Shown: positions 23,623 through 24,000 of the stretch, one piece after another
Layout of the letters: the number at the start of each line of letters is the position of its first letter
How positions within the stretch are numbered: position 1 is the first letter of the stretch
Assembly (NCBI GenBank): GCA_964567515.1
Contig: CAZMMW010000001.1
Span: 2,876-26,875 of the forward strand
Source of the DNA: an uncultured Gammaproteobacteria bacterium
GTDB taxonomy: Bacteria > Patescibacteriota > Patescibacteriia > Veblenbacterales > UBA10138
DNA length: 24,000 bases
Reading direction: 5' to 3'
Notes under the pieces: model-generated
Told to the model about the DNA's origin: nothing
What the model saw: only the letters and a program-made list of their open reading frames with translations
Databases searched by the model: none
Program-made: the position numbers and the translations under genes

Positions 23623-24000
23623 TTAATCAGTTAAAATCTCCTTGGCCACTTGGCTAGCTGTTTGACCATCTAAACTGGAACCAAACTGAGTCAACAAAGC
23701 TTTAATTAATTTACCCACATCGGTAACGCCAGATAAATTAAGTTCCTGCTTTAACCTAACTGTCACCTGTTTTATTTCCTCCAAAGAAGGTGGGGGTGGT
23801 AAATATTTTTCTATTTCGGCTTTTTCTCCTAATTCTTTTTGTGCTAATTCTTCTCTTCCTCCTTCAAGATATAAATTAGCCGCCTCTTGTCTCTTTTTGG
23901 CCTCAGTGCGAATAATCCTTATCGCCTCTTCTTCGGTTAACTCCTGTTTTTGACTATGCAGTTTGATTTCCTGATTATGCAAACTGCTTTTTAAACCACG
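23623..24000 (-). CDS. yqeY: GatB/YqeY-domain protein (partial; continues beyond the window end)
   Basis: 'LTEEEAIRIIRTEAKKRQEAANLYLEGGREELAQKE..EIEKYLP' plus 'GKLIKALL......DGQTASQVAKEIL' match the YqeY family layout. The track's start at 23982 is a TTG, and the frame stays open to nt 24000 (..RGLKSSLHNQE), so the true start is probably outside the window. The TAA stop lies 7 nt before the giant gene's ATG. Confidence 0.75.
   Translation of the reverse strand, partial: RGLKSSLHNQEIKLHSQKQELTEEEAIRIIRTEAKKRQEAANLYLEGGREELAQKELGEKAEIEKYLPPPPSLEEIKQVTVRLKQELNLSGVTDVGKLIKALLTQFGSSLDGQTASQVAKEILTD

Overview
AT-rich bacterial window with compact gene spacing and few clear Shine-Dalgarno sequences. 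The gene content suggests a small-genome, anaerobic, CPR/Patescibacteria-like organism, but that is inference only. TAA is the usual stop codon, TGA also terminates two genes, and nothing points to a recoded genetic code. The + strand carries the 3' end of clpC, a GC-rich non-coding block and a frameshift-split secreted L,D-transpeptidase. From nt 1959 to the window end every gene is on the - strand. In transcription order these are yqeY-like (partial), a 3,126-aa surface giant, two single-pass membrane proteins, ybeY, ftsA and ftsZ. A terminator and tandem NrdR boxes follow, then nrdR, nrdD, a detached 54-codon NrdD glycyl-radical ORF, nrdG, a possible HEPN-like unknown, a small membrane protein, a hairpin-repeat intergenic block and htrA. 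No rRNA, tRNA, CRISPR array, transposase or integrase was recognised. The main leads are as follows. (1) The giant gene fuses a VirB2/TrbC-like pilin membrane hairpin to about 30 beta-sandwich modules, a CBM-like domain, a pilin-like head and 12 Cys-paired B-repeat units. Two co-oriented partner genes with TSP3 repeats and a pseudopilin-like domain lie beside it. (2) An in-frame TAA separates the class III RNR catalytic subunit from its glycyl-radical tail. (3) Two GC-rich, hairpin-dense non-coding islands sit in an AT-rich background. (4) A frameshift at an A6 tract splits the L,D-transpeptidase. (5) A unique G8 tract lies inside the giant gene.
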